This document shows, one piece after another, positions 47,123 through 56,308 of a DNA stretch of 64,000 nucleotides; positions within the stretch are counted from its first letter, which is position 1, and every line of letters begins with the position of its first letter. The notes below the pieces were generated by a model. That model was given only the letters and a program-made list of their open reading frames with translations. It did no database searches and was not told the origin of the DNA. A program made the translations under genes and the position numbers. Source of the stretch: Acidobacteria bacterium UBA823 (GTDB taxonomy: Bacteria; Acidobacteriota; Vicinamibacteria; Vicinamibacterales; UBA823); the NCBI GenBank assembly GCA_002296225.1, contig DBHR01000087.1, forward strand, positions 12,976-76,975, read 5' to 3'.

Positions 47123-48241
47123 GTGCATCCGTTGCGTTCGTCTGCGATCATTTGGGCGTTCATGCTGGCCGGCGTCAGCGGCTTTATCGGTGCACCTGGT
47201 GTGTCGGCCCAATCGAGATCCGGTCAGTCCTACTACGTCTACGTCTGCGCCGAGTCGGATGATGAAGTCACCCTAGTTCGGTTTGGACCCGGCGGCGCCG
47301 AAACGGTCAAGCGAATTCCGGTCGGCAGTTTTCCAGCCGAAAACGAGGGGCCGCACGGTATCAACGTTTCTCCCGACGGACGGCACTGGTACGTCTCGCT
47401 CGCCCACGGCCTGCCGTTCGGGAGCGTACACAAGTACGAGACCGGCACTGACGAGTGGGTGACTGACGTCACGCTCGGTATGTTTCCAGCCACGCTCGAC
47501 ATCGCCGCCAGCACCGGTCTGATGTACATAGTCAACTTCAACCTACACGGCCCGATGGAACCGAGTACCGTGTCGGTCGTCGAAACGCGCAGCATGACCG
47601 AGGTTGCGCGGGTCGAGACCGGCGTGATGCCGCACGGCGCTCGGCTCAGCCTTGACGGCCGTCGGCTTTACACGGTCAGCATGATGGACGACGAGTTGGT
47701 CGAGCTTGACGCACTCACGTTCGCGGTGTCGCGTCGGCTCGCCCTCGCCGACCACGTTGGGGGCAGTCACGCTGGATCGGACAGGGCGGGAATGGCCGGC
47801 CTAGTCCAGCCGACCTGGGCGAGTCGACCGACGTCACAGGGCAAAGTCTACGTGACGGGCAACGCATCGAACGAGATCTTCGAAGTCGATCTCGATTCCT
47901 GGACCATTACTCGGCGGTTCGAGGACACCGGCGCAGGTCCCTATAACCTCGACGTTACCACTGATGGACGGACGCTGGTGGTGACCTACAAGAAAGGCGC
48001 GGCCGTCGGTTTCTGGGATCTTGAGAGCGGGCGTGAGCTAGGCCGCGTCGCGACGTTACGCACCGTGCCGCATGGCGTGACGATTACCCCTGACAGCCGC
48101 TATGCCTTTGCGACGATCGAGGGTGTCGGTGGCGAACCCGGAGGGGTCGAGGTCTACGACATCGAGACGCGGGAACGCGTCGGCAACGTTGAAATCGGCA
48201 AACAGGCGGGCGGCATCGCATTCTGGAAGACGGAACCCTGA
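47123..48241 (+). CDS. secreted YncE/YVTN-type beta-propeller repeat protein
   Basis: Signal peptide, then repeated blade motifs (PHGINVSPDGRHWYVS, PHGARLSLDGRRLYTV, PYNLDVTTDGRTLVVT, PHGVTITPDSRYAFAT). Confidence 0.7.
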   Translation: MHPLRSSAIIWAFMLAGVSGFIGAPGVSAQSRSGQSYYVYVCAESDDEVTLVRFGPGGAETVKRIPVGSFPAENEGPHGINVSPDGRHWYVSLAHGLPFGSVHKYETGTDEWVTDVTLGMFPATLDIAASTGLMYIVNFNLHGPMEPSTVSVVETRSMTEVARVETGVMPHGARLSLDGRRLYTVSMMDDELVELDALTFAVSRRLALADHVGGSHAGSDRAGMAGLVQPTWASRPTSQGKVYVTGNASNEIFEVDLDSWTITRRFEDTGAGPYNLDVTTDGRTLVVTYKKGAAVGFWDLESGRELGRVATLRTVPHGVTITPDSRYAFATIEGVGGEPGGVEVYDIETRERVGNVEIGKQAGGIAFWKTEP

Positions 48242-48279
48242 GGCCATCCTCCGAGGGGCCGGCGCCCCAAGACCGCGCG

Positions 48280-48714
48280 TTAGGAAGGGTTGACGCGATC
48301 GGTTTTGGCCCGGCGCTGTTTGAGTATCTCGTCGACCAGGAACAAATCGGTCAGCAGCGTGCGGACGTGGATCGATGCGTTCAAGTTGTCCACGAGCTGC
48401 GAACTGATCGCAGGCTGTGCCAGAGCGAGTCGTATGGCGGCCTGAGCAGCTTGGGCATCGCGCTCAAGCATCCTAATAAACGTTTCATACGCGTCGGCTG
48501 ACTCAACCTTCGCCTCGACCACAAGCCTCCGAAACACGTCGGCGAGATCAGTGAGCGCGGTGTCCGTACGGACGAGATAGTCGCGCACCTGCCCACCAGT
48601 CTGGGAACCGGGGTCGCCGGAGACGCCTTGCGCGGCGTACGCCAGCATGTACTCGTAGCTTTCTTCGATGGCGTTGCACCGGTCGTGCAACTCATCTTGC
48701 GCCGTCTTCGCCAA
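48280..48714 (-). CDS. hypothetical all-helical protein downstream of cytochrome b
   Basis: The ORF is open to 48849, but that part overlaps the cytochrome b gene. A plausible TTG start at 48714 lies just after the cytochrome b stop (48738). No family recognised and the start is uncertain. Confidence 0.4.
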   Translation of the reverse strand: MAKTAQDELHDRCNAIEESYEYMLAYAAQGVSGDPGSQTGGQVRDYLVRTDTALTDLADVFRRLVVEAKVESADAYETFIRMLERDAQAAQAAIRLALAQPAISSQLVDNLNASIHVRTLLTDLFLVDEILKQRRAKTDRVNPS

Positions 48715-48737
48715 GACTGATCTCGAGGCCGCGCCCG

Positions 48738-49568
48738 CTAGTCCTGAGCCGAGTTCCCCTCGGGCCGAGCGACCCACTGCTCGGGGTCGTGGTGCTCGCT
48801 GTAGTGGCGGCGGTCGATCCAGCCCAAGATCATCGACCACGTGATCCACCGTTTCTCAGGACGGAGGCCGAAGTAGATATGGGCAATGATGAGCGTCACC
48901 AGCGAGACGGATGACAGCCCGTGCACTACATAGATCATCCCCCAAGTCTGGTCCGCAAACAGGTAGGGGTCACGAGCCCAAAGTGGCGTCTCGATACGGA
49001 CGGTCATGAGTATGCCCGTGACGATCACAAGAAGGCCGGTGAGCATGATGGCGTGATGGTAAAGCCGGTTCTCAAGGGGGTATTTGGCGTGCTTTCGAGG
49101 TGCCGGCGCGTCCTGCCCGACGCTGCGCTTCAAGCGGCGCACGGCGTCAGTGATGTCCTTGGGGCCGATCCACATCGACCACAGATCCAGCCAGAACGAC
49201 GCGTGGATGATGTGGTAGATGATCGACAGCGTGAGCACGATGCCGGCAACCCAATGGATCGTAACCCACGGAAACTGAACGCCGATCACCGGAAGGAATC
49301 CGGTAAACAACAGCACCAGCATCGCCGCCGCCATGATCCAGTGAAACGCGCGCGACGCGAACGAATGACGCGCCACTTTCTTCGGCAGGTGGGTCAGCGT
49401 CGCATCGTCAACCGCCGCGACCTGCTCCTTGGCAAAGAACGCGAACCACACAGCGTGCGCGACAACAAAAATTACGCCTAGGAAGGACGCCAGGTACAGC
49501 AAATCCCACGAAATGCGTATCAGGATCTCCTGGCCCCATGGATCGGGGCCCCACGTCAGGAAGTTCAT
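48738..49568 (-). CDS. membrane cytochrome b (Ni/Fe-hydrogenase / formate dehydrogenase gamma-type, PF01292-like)
   Basis: TM helices with conserved His positions (RAFHWIMAAAM, TIHWVAGIV, IIYHIIHASF, LYHHAIMLTG, IAHIYFG). The start lies 4 nt after the FAD-subunit stop. Confidence 0.75.
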   Translation of the reverse strand: MNFLTWGPDPWGQEILIRISWDLLYLASFLGVIFVVAHAVWFAFFAKEQVAAVDDATLTHLPKKVARHSFASRAFHWIMAAAMLVLLFTGFLPVIGVQFPWVTIHWVAGIVLTLSIIYHIIHASFWLDLWSMWIGPKDITDAVRRLKRSVGQDAPAPRKHAKYPLENRLYHHAIMLTGLLVIVTGILMTVRIETPLWARDPYLFADQTWGMIYVVHGLSSVSLVTLIIAHIYFGLRPEKRWITWSMILGWIDRRHYSEHHDPEQWVARPEGNSAQD

Positions 49569-49572
49569 CTAC

Positions 49573-50571
49573 TTACGCCTCCACGCGAATCGAACGCTTC
49601 ACCAGATTCCTCATGAGCGGAATCTTGTATGCGTTCTGCCGAAGGGGCCGCGCCCCGCGAACGGCCATCTCACCGGCACGCTCGGCCGTCGCCTCGTCCT
49701 GTGAGGCACCGCGGATCGCATCCTCCACCGCAGTCAACCGCATCGGATACGGCGCCACGCCGTTGACCGCTACCCGGGCATCTTCAATCGTGCCACCACT
49801 CACGCGAATGGCTGACGCCACATTAACCAGCGGGAAATCCCACACCTGCCGGTCTCGCACTTTTTCAAAGTAGAACTTCGCACCGGCCCAAGTCGACGGG
49901 ATACGGATCGACGTCAGGAGGTCACCGGGCTGTAAGACGGTCATGCGCATAATGTCGATGCCCGGGCCGATGAAGTAATCCTCGGCATTAACAACGCGCT
50001 CGCCATCGGCGGTCTGCACCACCATCTTCGCGTCGAGCGCGATGAGCGCCGGCGCAGTATCTGACGGATTCACGGCCACGCAGCGATCCGCACCAAAGAT
50101 GGCATGCTCCCGGTTCATCGACGTCGGCGTGTCGGCGTAGCAGATATTGCCACCGGCCCGATAACAGGTCCACCCGTCACGGTAGTACCAACACCGCGTG
50201 TCCTGAGAATTGTTACCGCCAAGCGTGCCTTGGTTTCGGATCTGCGGTGAAGCAACGAGCTCCGCCGCCTTACTCAGAAGGCCATAGTGTTCACGAACCT
50301 CAGGGTGACGGACCACGTCGGTCAACGGGGTCATTGCGCGGATTTCCAGACCATCGGCCGTGGATTCGATGCCCTTAAGCGCTTCGATGCCACCGAGGTC
50401 GACGACGACCGCAGGTCGCTTAACGCGATCCTTAAACCAGTCAAAGGAGTCCAGGCCTCCAGCCATCACCCAAGCCTGCTCACCGTGCTCTCGGAGCAAC
50501 GCCGTGGCATCTTCCACGCTAGCCGGCTGGAACAGTTCAAACACGGGCATCATGTCGCGAATCACGGCCAT
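49573..50571 (-). CDS. xanthine dehydrogenase-family FAD-binding (medium, CoxM/PaoB-like) subunit
   Basis: GGAGGAGG Shine-Dalgarno before the ATG. The N-terminal FELFQPASVEDATALLREHGEQAWVMAGGLDSF is typical of FAD_binding_5 medium subunits. Confidence 0.85.
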   Translation of the reverse strand: MAVIRDMMPVFELFQPASVEDATALLREHGEQAWVMAGGLDSFDWFKDRVKRPAVVVDLGGIEALKGIESTADGLEIRAMTPLTDVVRHPEVREHYGLLSKAAELVASPQIRNQGTLGGNNSQDTRCWYYRDGWTCYRAGGNICYADTPTSMNREHAIFGADRCVAVNPSDTAPALIALDAKMVVQTADGERVVNAEDYFIGPGIDIMRMTVLQPGDLLTSIRIPSTWAGAKFYFEKVRDRQVWDFPLVNVASAIRVSGGTIEDARVAVNGVAPYPMRLTAVEDAIRGASQDEATAERAGEMAVRGARPLRQNAYKIPLMRNLVKRSIRVEA

Positions 50572-50765
50572 GATGAATACCTCCTCCTAATATGCGCGGA
50601 CAGCAGCGGCCTGATCGGCCGGCGGCCATAACGCATTCGAACTCAGGTCCACATCCAGTCGTCGAAGCCCGTCGCGCCAGACCGTGCCCCCATCAACTTC
50701 CGAGCCAGTCTCCATGGTGAGGCCTTGCCCGAAAGCTCTACGCGTAAGGTCACCGTCGGCCATAC

Positions 50766-51398
50766 TTACGCCTGCCGCATGTTCTCGGCTGCCCGCTCCA
50801 TTGTGGTCAGGATCTTGTCGTAGTCCGCGCAACGGCAGAGATTACCGGACAGCCCGTGCGCCAACTCGGCACGCGTCGGATTCGGGTTCCCTTCCAGGAA
50901 ACCAACTGTGCTCATGACGAACCCGGACATACAGAACGCACATTGGAAGCCCTGCTCGTCGACCACAGCCTGCTGCACCGGATGCAATGTGCCGTCCTCA
51001 GCAGCTAGCCCTTCGATCGTTTTAACCTCACGGCCGCGCACGCTCTGCGTCAGAATCGAGCATGAGTAATGCGGGACACCGTCAAGCAAGACAGTGCAGG
51101 CACCGCACTCGGAGCGGTCACACCCGAGTTTCGTGCCGGTCAGCCCTAGCTTGTAGCGCAGTGTCATCGCTAGGGTTTCCTGCTTCATAACGTCCACGCG
51201 GCGCTGCTGCCCGTTGACGGTCAGCGTAATCAAACGCTCGACCGCGCCTGGCGAGGTTGGCTGGGCAAAGAGGGCACCCACGCCACGAAACATATAGTTC
51301 GCCGAGCCCACGGCGGCACCGGCCGCAATCACGCCCTTGATGAAATTCCGCCTCGACACGCCCGGGTCAATCGCTTCAGTGATCTCGATGTCTGCCAT
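50766..51398 (-). CDS. (2Fe-2S)-binding small subunit (CoxS/PaoA-like) with a Tat signal
   Basis: Twin-arginine signal GVSRRNFIKGVIAAGAAVG. Cluster motifs CDRSECGACTV ... YSC and GFQCAFCMSGF ... LCRCADY. ATG at 51398. Confidence 0.9.
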   Translation of the reverse strand: MADIEITEAIDPGVSRRNFIKGVIAAGAAVGSANYMFRGVGALFAQPTSPGAVERLITLTVNGQQRRVDVMKQETLAMTLRYKLGLTGTKLGCDRSECGACTVLLDGVPHYSCSILTQSVRGREVKTIEGLAAEDGTLHPVQQAVVDEQGFQCAFCMSGFVMSTVGFLEGNPNPTRAELAHGLSGNLCRCADYDKILTTMERAAENMRQA

Positions 51399-51519
51399 GG
51401 GTCCGATCACCTTTCTAAACATTCAACGCCGGAAAACCTATACCCAATCGGGAGAAGATAGAACCTGCTCCGCAGTCCACTCTCAGGCATACGCTCCGCC
51501 CTTACGACCGCGCACCGAA

Positions 51520-51807
51520 TCATACTACGCGCATGAGTGTAGAAAAAAGCCAATATTCTGGCCTGGAACCCTTCATTTCGAGGTCGGCCGTGGACACTGG
51601 GCCCTCCGACTGGCTCCACAGGAGAAAACAGTTCCTTTCCCTCTTTTTTCGCCCATATATCTTAGGGGCTTTCAGCCTAAGAGCCTTCTGGCCCGCAATC
51701 GGCTCGATTCGGTGAGTACCGCGACCAGAGGCGGTCTCGGCTGCAGCAAACGCGGCTCCACTCGCAAGGTGGACGGTTGCTAGAAGGAGCCGCACACGGG
51801 CCAACAT
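51520..51807 (-). CDS. candidate small secreted protein (95 aa), doubtful
   Basis: GGGAG lies 6 nt before ATG 51807. The N-terminus MLARVRLLLATVHLASGAAFAAAE is signal-like and the rest is Lys/Arg-rich. Third-position G/C is only about 60 percent, below neighbouring genes. Confidence 0.25.
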   Translation of the reverse strand: MLARVRLLLATVHLASGAAFAAAETASGRGTHRIEPIAGQKALRLKAPKIYGRKKRERNCFLLWSQSEGPVSTADLEMKGSRPEYWLFSTLMRVV

Positions 51808-51853
51808 GCCGAACTCCCGCCATTGTCCTTCTTCGGGCTACCGGAGTGCCTAG

Positions 51854-54418
51854 TCAGGCCTGCAACGGTGGTGCGTCGTCAGTAGTCGCCTCAAACAGCC
51901 GGATCCGCCGAAGGAGTAAATCGAGCAAGTAGAGCGCTAAGGCCAACGCGGCCAGATACGGCCACAGCGAAACCGGCCGCACCGTGCGGGGAATGTTGTC
52001 CTCAAAGATTTTTTCTGGCGACGGCGCAAACGCGCCACCCGTGTCCCGGGCGACGGCCTGCAGTAGTTCAACGTTGGCTGGCCGAAACCGGTATTCGTCC
52101 GGATACGAGTAGAGGATCGAGCGGCCGACCTCAGTGCCGTCTGCGAGCACGGCGTTGAACGTGTGGTCATCTCCGGCCCCGAGCGTCACCCTGGCCGCAT
52201 ACGACACCGGCCCCGCGCGCTCAATCTCGACGGCCGTTGCCGCACCGTCGCCGGCGGCCCACCAGACCGTCGGCGGAGTCTCCGCTTGGGCTACGGCCGG
52301 CGGAATGTCGATGGTGATGCGAGCCTGGTCTCCCTCGCGCCTGACCGTAAGTGCTCTAGCTCGGTCGTCCGAGCCGTGCATCGTCTCGCGCACAAGCTGA
52401 GTCCAGAACTTACCGTAACCCAGCCACTGAAGCCACTCGGTCGCCCATCGGTTCTTGACGTCCGAGGTGAACGCCACCACGCGTCCGAGCCCAAACTGCC
52501 ACCGCGCCAAGATTGGATCATCCCTACCCGAGACAAGCAGTGCCTCGGACGTCTCTTTTAATTGGGCGCTGAAGTAGCCGCGCAGCGGTGGTGAGGAGGT
52601 GAAATCGATCCCCTTGAACATTTCGGCTGGCTTCAGCACAACTGGGTTGAACGGTTCCTCGACTAGGGTCGGCTGCGCGGCCCGGCGCGTTTCTCTAGCG
52701 AAGACCTGCGGCACTTCTTGCGCGTCCTCGACCACGTAACCGCGTCCCTTTCCCCAGTCCGCAATATTGGCGAGCAGTTCGCGGTCGGCCTCCTTCCCCA
52801 TCGCAACCGTCGAAACGGTTATGCCTGTCTCAGCCATCTTCGTGACGAGCCCTTCATAGTCATCGGGATACGTCCGGCCGTCCGACAGCAGGATGACGTG
52901 CTTCAAGCGACTCTCGGCCACTTCGAGACTGAGAAAGGCCTCTTCGAGCGCGGGGTACACGTTGGTGTGGCCACTTGGCATGATCGTGCTGATCTTGTTC
53001 TTGATCCACTCACGGTTCGACGCGCGCTGCAGCAACACCGGCCAGTCGAGGCTGTTGTTGAACGCCACAACCCCTATCTGGTGATCATCGGCGAGCACAT
53101 CGATCGCGGCCTTTGAGGCCTCCTTCGACAGTTCGATCTTCTCGCCCACCATGCTCCACGATTTGTCGAGCACGATGATGAGCGCAAACTCCTCCGGCCG
53201 TTCCTTCACAGTGAACGTAATCGGCAGGAGGGCTTCGACCACACTGCCAGCGTAACCTTCCTCTCCGTACATCGCATCGCCGCCAGCCATAATGAAGCCG
53301 CCGCCAAGATCGCTCACGTAGCTCGACAGCGCCTCCATCTGTTTCGTGCTCAGTGCGTCAGCCGCAACATCGCTGACGATCACTGCAGCATACGGTTCCA
53401 GGCTCGCCGCATCGTCGGGAAGTGCCGTAGCCAACCCCGTCTTCACCGTCAGCCCTCCGGCTTCGAGCGCCGCGGTTAAGAACCGCTGACTCTGGACGCG
53501 GCCTTCAACATAAAGCACCTGGGGCCGCTCCGCGATGGCAATCGACCGGCGGACCCGGTTGTTCTGCGCCAGCACGTCCCCGACTGTTCGAAGACGCACG
53601 ACGAGCTCGGCGGCTCCGACCTCATCGAGGCTACCTTTCAGTATCACCTCCTGCGCTCCCGAAGAGAGCTGCAGCGACCGAGCGTCGAGAGTTGACTCAC
53701 CCCACAGAACCTCAATGACCGCCTGCGTTTCGGCTTGCGCGTGAACGCGCACGACGACGGGGAATGGTTCGTCGACGGTCGCCACGTCGGGTATCCGGAC
53801 GTCATCGACCCAAGCGTCGCCGACGTCTCTCGGGTCGAGCGGTACTGTGTACACGGCGATCCCCTGCTGTTGCAGCGAGCCCAGGGCATCGATGAGCTGT
53901 CCGTTCGTCTCATGGCCGTCGGTCATCAGAACGAGACGCTTGACTTGGTTCGGCGCGAACGCACGCGCGGCGTCGCGAACCGCCAACTCAAGGTTCGTAC
54001 GCCCCGCATCATCCGACAAAGACGGCAGCGGCGCGTCGACCTGACTACCGAGCGCCTCGACAGCTTCTAGGTCATCGAGTGTGGCGGTCGTCGCGGCGAA
54101 CGTCATCGCCTGCCAGTGGTCGGCCCGGCCCTTGCGAATCGCCGCTGCCATCCACTGCGAGGCCGTCGCGGCCGACTCGGGCGACACGCTGGCTGACTGG
54201 TCGAGCAGATAGACCACCGACAGCCAACGCCCAGAGCGCTCCCACGTCGGTTCCATTAGGGCGAAGGTCAGGAGCAGCAACACCGCCGAACGCACCACCG
54301 CCTGCAGCGCGCGCTGGTGCGCCGTGAACCCGGTGAACGAGTGCCGCTGGACCAACCAGACCAACGGCAGCAGCGCCAACAGGACGATCGGCCAGTACTG
54401 CCCAACAGAAATGTTCAT
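51854..54418 (-). CDS. large membrane-anchored protein with two VWA-like domains (Bat-operon type)
   Basis: N-terminal TM helices, MIDAS-like starts VVYLLDQSASVS and IIVLDKSWSMVG, and a C-terminal TM segment LWPYLAALALALYLLDLLL. It is the last large gene of the MoxR operon. Confidence 0.75.
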   Translation of the reverse strand: MNISVGQYWPIVLLALLPLVWLVQRHSFTGFTAHQRALQAVVRSAVLLLLTFALMEPTWERSGRWLSVVYLLDQSASVSPESAATASQWMAAAIRKGRADHWQAMTFAATTATLDDLEAVEALGSQVDAPLPSLSDDAGRTNLELAVRDAARAFAPNQVKRLVLMTDGHETNGQLIDALGSLQQQGIAVYTVPLDPRDVGDAWVDDVRIPDVATVDEPFPVVVRVHAQAETQAVIEVLWGESTLDARSLQLSSGAQEVILKGSLDEVGAAELVVRLRTVGDVLAQNNRVRRSIAIAERPQVLYVEGRVQSQRFLTAALEAGGLTVKTGLATALPDDAASLEPYAAVIVSDVAADALSTKQMEALSSYVSDLGGGFIMAGGDAMYGEEGYAGSVVEALLPITFTVKERPEEFALIIVLDKSWSMVGEKIELSKEASKAAIDVLADDHQIGVVAFNNSLDWPVLLQRASNREWIKNKISTIMPSGHTNVYPALEEAFLSLEVAESRLKHVILLSDGRTYPDDYEGLVTKMAETGITVSTVAMGKEADRELLANIADWGKGRGYVVEDAQEVPQVFARETRRAAQPTLVEEPFNPVVLKPAEMFKGIDFTSSPPLRGYFSAQLKETSEALLVSGRDDPILARWQFGLGRVVAFTSDVKNRWATEWLQWLGYGKFWTQLVRETMHGSDDRARALTVRREGDQARITIDIPPAVAQAETPPTVWWAAGDGAATAVEIERAGPVSYAARVTLGAGDDHTFNAVLADGTEVGRSILYSYPDEYRFRPANVELLQAVARDTGGAFAPSPEKIFEDNIPRTVRPVSLWPYLAALALALYLLDLLLRRIRLFEATTDDAPPLQA

Positions 54419-54523
54419 GACTAACTCAGCATCTACATAGCGGTCTGATAGTTGGTGCTGTTGTTGCCCTCTCCTCCACTGGTGCTCTGGCGAACGGCGC
54501 TGGCCATATCATTCCAATCGCCT

Positions 54524-56308
54524 TCACACGGTGATTCGCCGGTGGTATGTCCACCACTCGAGGGCAACCAGAGCCAAAGCCAACCCCAACAGATACATCC
54601 ACAATTCACTCGAGAGCCAGCGGCCGGTTGGCCACTCGAGATTTTCGCGGCCGGTCAACGTCACACCGTTCACGTCCGAGAGCCCTGTTGGCAGATTCGC
54701 TACCACGTAGGCGCGCGCCGCACCGGCTGAGGCCACGTAGAGCCCCGGTGCCGACGCCTCAAACAGCGTACTTCCAACCCGCGGCCGGGCTGGCAAATCA
54801 ACCCCGTCGAACGTCGTGACCGTTGCGTCGGCCAGGAGTACATCCACCGTCCCAAGTGACCGCCGCAGCGGCAGTGCCTCACCCGCGAACCAAGCCAATA
54901 CGTTCTGCATAAACATTGGGAAGCTCGGGCGCACTGAAAAATCCGAGTCGTCAAGCGTGAAGTTGACTGCCACCCACTTTGGCACATCCGAACTCGTCAC
55001 GATTAGCGGTGTCTGGCCAGCGGATGCCACAACCCGAGTTGTTGCATTGGTCAAGAACTCGAGATGCCGCGCGTCGGTAATCTGCAGATCGACCATTGAG
55101 ACGAACTCCAGAATCGGATGGGTCTCGTCCCAACTTGTCACCCCCGTCATCGACACCCGCAGCGGCGACACCGTATCGGATCCCGCCAGCCACGACCGGC
55201 CTGGCGGCCGGAACAACAACGCGGGCTGAGCTGGCTGGACAAGCGGCGCGAACTCGTCGAAGACATAGAGTTCAACCGACTCGTCACCGGTGTAGAAGTC
55301 TGGGTGGACCACGTGAAGGTCTACGCGCTCGTCGAGCGCGAGCAGCGTTTCGAGAAAATTATTGCCGGTCGTGACCAACGCAACCCCGACGTCTCGCGGT
55401 GGCCGCAAGTAATCCACCGCTTCGTCATCAATGGCGAGCGCGTCACCGTCGGTCGTCACGCGGGCACGGATCACGCCCGTCGGTCTACCGCTCAGTGCGA
55501 TCGTGCGGGCGACGGTATCCCGGGCGCCGACCGTCACCGTCTCAGCAAAGTCAACGTCGCCGTCATCCTCAAGCAGTAAGTAGACGTTCTTCGCCTCCGG
55601 AGAATGGTTCACCACGCTGAGTCTGACGTCATAGCCCGACGGCTCGCCCGCGCGCACGACCACCTTAAAGTCAGCAACCGCTACGTTGTCGGCCAGTTCG
55701 AAGACGGACAGCACTCGTGCGTTCCGCGGTAGGTCGAGCGTGGCGATTCCGTCGGAGACGACGATCACTTCACGACCTCCGACGTCCACCTGCGGAAACA
55801 CCGGCCGTGTGGCCGATGGCATCATGCGGTCGAGTGCGGCGTCGAGCCGCGCCCGGTCGGCCGTCATCGCCGTCGCCACGCGGCCGCTCGTATCGGCCAC
55901 AAGGAAGCGATCAGCCCCACCGGCATCATCGATCAAGCGTGCGACGGCGGCACGGGCGTGGTCCCAACGCGATTGACTATCGGCGGTTCGCGCCGCCATC
56001 GTGATCGACGTATCGAGAACGATTACGGCCTCTCTCGGCTCACCGGTAATCGCTACCGCCTCCGGTCTGGCAAGCGCTAAAGCGATGAGCAAAGCGATTG
56101 TGAGCGCCAGCAACAGCGAGAGCAGACGCCGGAGCCGCTCAAGCAATGAGCGATGCTGCTTGTCCTGAAGTAGCCGCTCCCACAGTAGCAGTGAGCCCAC
56201 TACGATACGCGGATGCCTGAGCTTGAGAAAGAACAGGGTGAGCACAACCGCAGTGGTGAGCCCGCACAACAATGCAACTTGTAGCGGGGTTAGCGCCAAA
56301 AACGTCAT
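54524..56308 (-). CDS. BatA-like protein with an aerotolerance-regulator N-terminal double-TM domain
   Basis: MTFLALTPLQVALLCGLTTAVVLTLFFLKLRHPRIVVGSLLLWERLL is the typical BatA_N pattern. A VWA-like EAVIVLDTSITM follows. The ATG overlaps the DUF58 stop (ATGA). Confidence 0.7.
   Translation of the reverse strand: MTFLALTPLQVALLCGLTTAVVLTLFFLKLRHPRIVVGSLLLWERLLQDKQHRSLLERLRRLLSLLLALTIALLIALALARPEAVAITGEPREAVIVLDTSITMAARTADSQSRWDHARAAVARLIDDAGGADRFLVADTSGRVATAMTADRARLDAALDRMMPSATRPVFPQVDVGGREVIVVSDGIATLDLPRNARVLSVFELADNVAVADFKVVVRAGEPSGYDVRLSVVNHSPEAKNVYLLLEDDGDVDFAETVTVGARDTVARTIALSGRPTGVIRARVTTDGDALAIDDEAVDYLRPPRDVGVALVTTGNNFLETLLALDERVDLHVVHPDFYTGDESVELYVFDEFAPLVQPAQPALLFRPPGRSWLAGSDTVSPLRVSMTGVTSWDETHPILEFVSMVDLQITDARHLEFLTNATTRVVASAGQTPLIVTSSDVPKWVAVNFTLDDSDFSVRPSFPMFMQNVLAWFAGEALPLRRSLGTVDVLLADATVTTFDGVDLPARPRVGSTLFEASAPGLYVASAGAARAYVVANLPTGLSDVNGVTLTGRENLEWPTGRWLSSELWMYLLGLALALVALEWWTYHRRITV

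Noticed and set aside
50587-50832. An 81-aa minus-strand ORF in the spacer between the 2Fe-2S and FAD subunit genes. Its internal ATG version (50587-50762) begins MADGDLTRRAFGQGL, which superficially resembles a twin-arginine motif.
   Set aside because: No hydrophobic h-region follows the RR. Third-position GC is mediocre (about 62 percent by my count). The long version overlaps the 2Fe-2S gene. It is possibly a remnant or simply the spacer, and I cannot support it as a gene.
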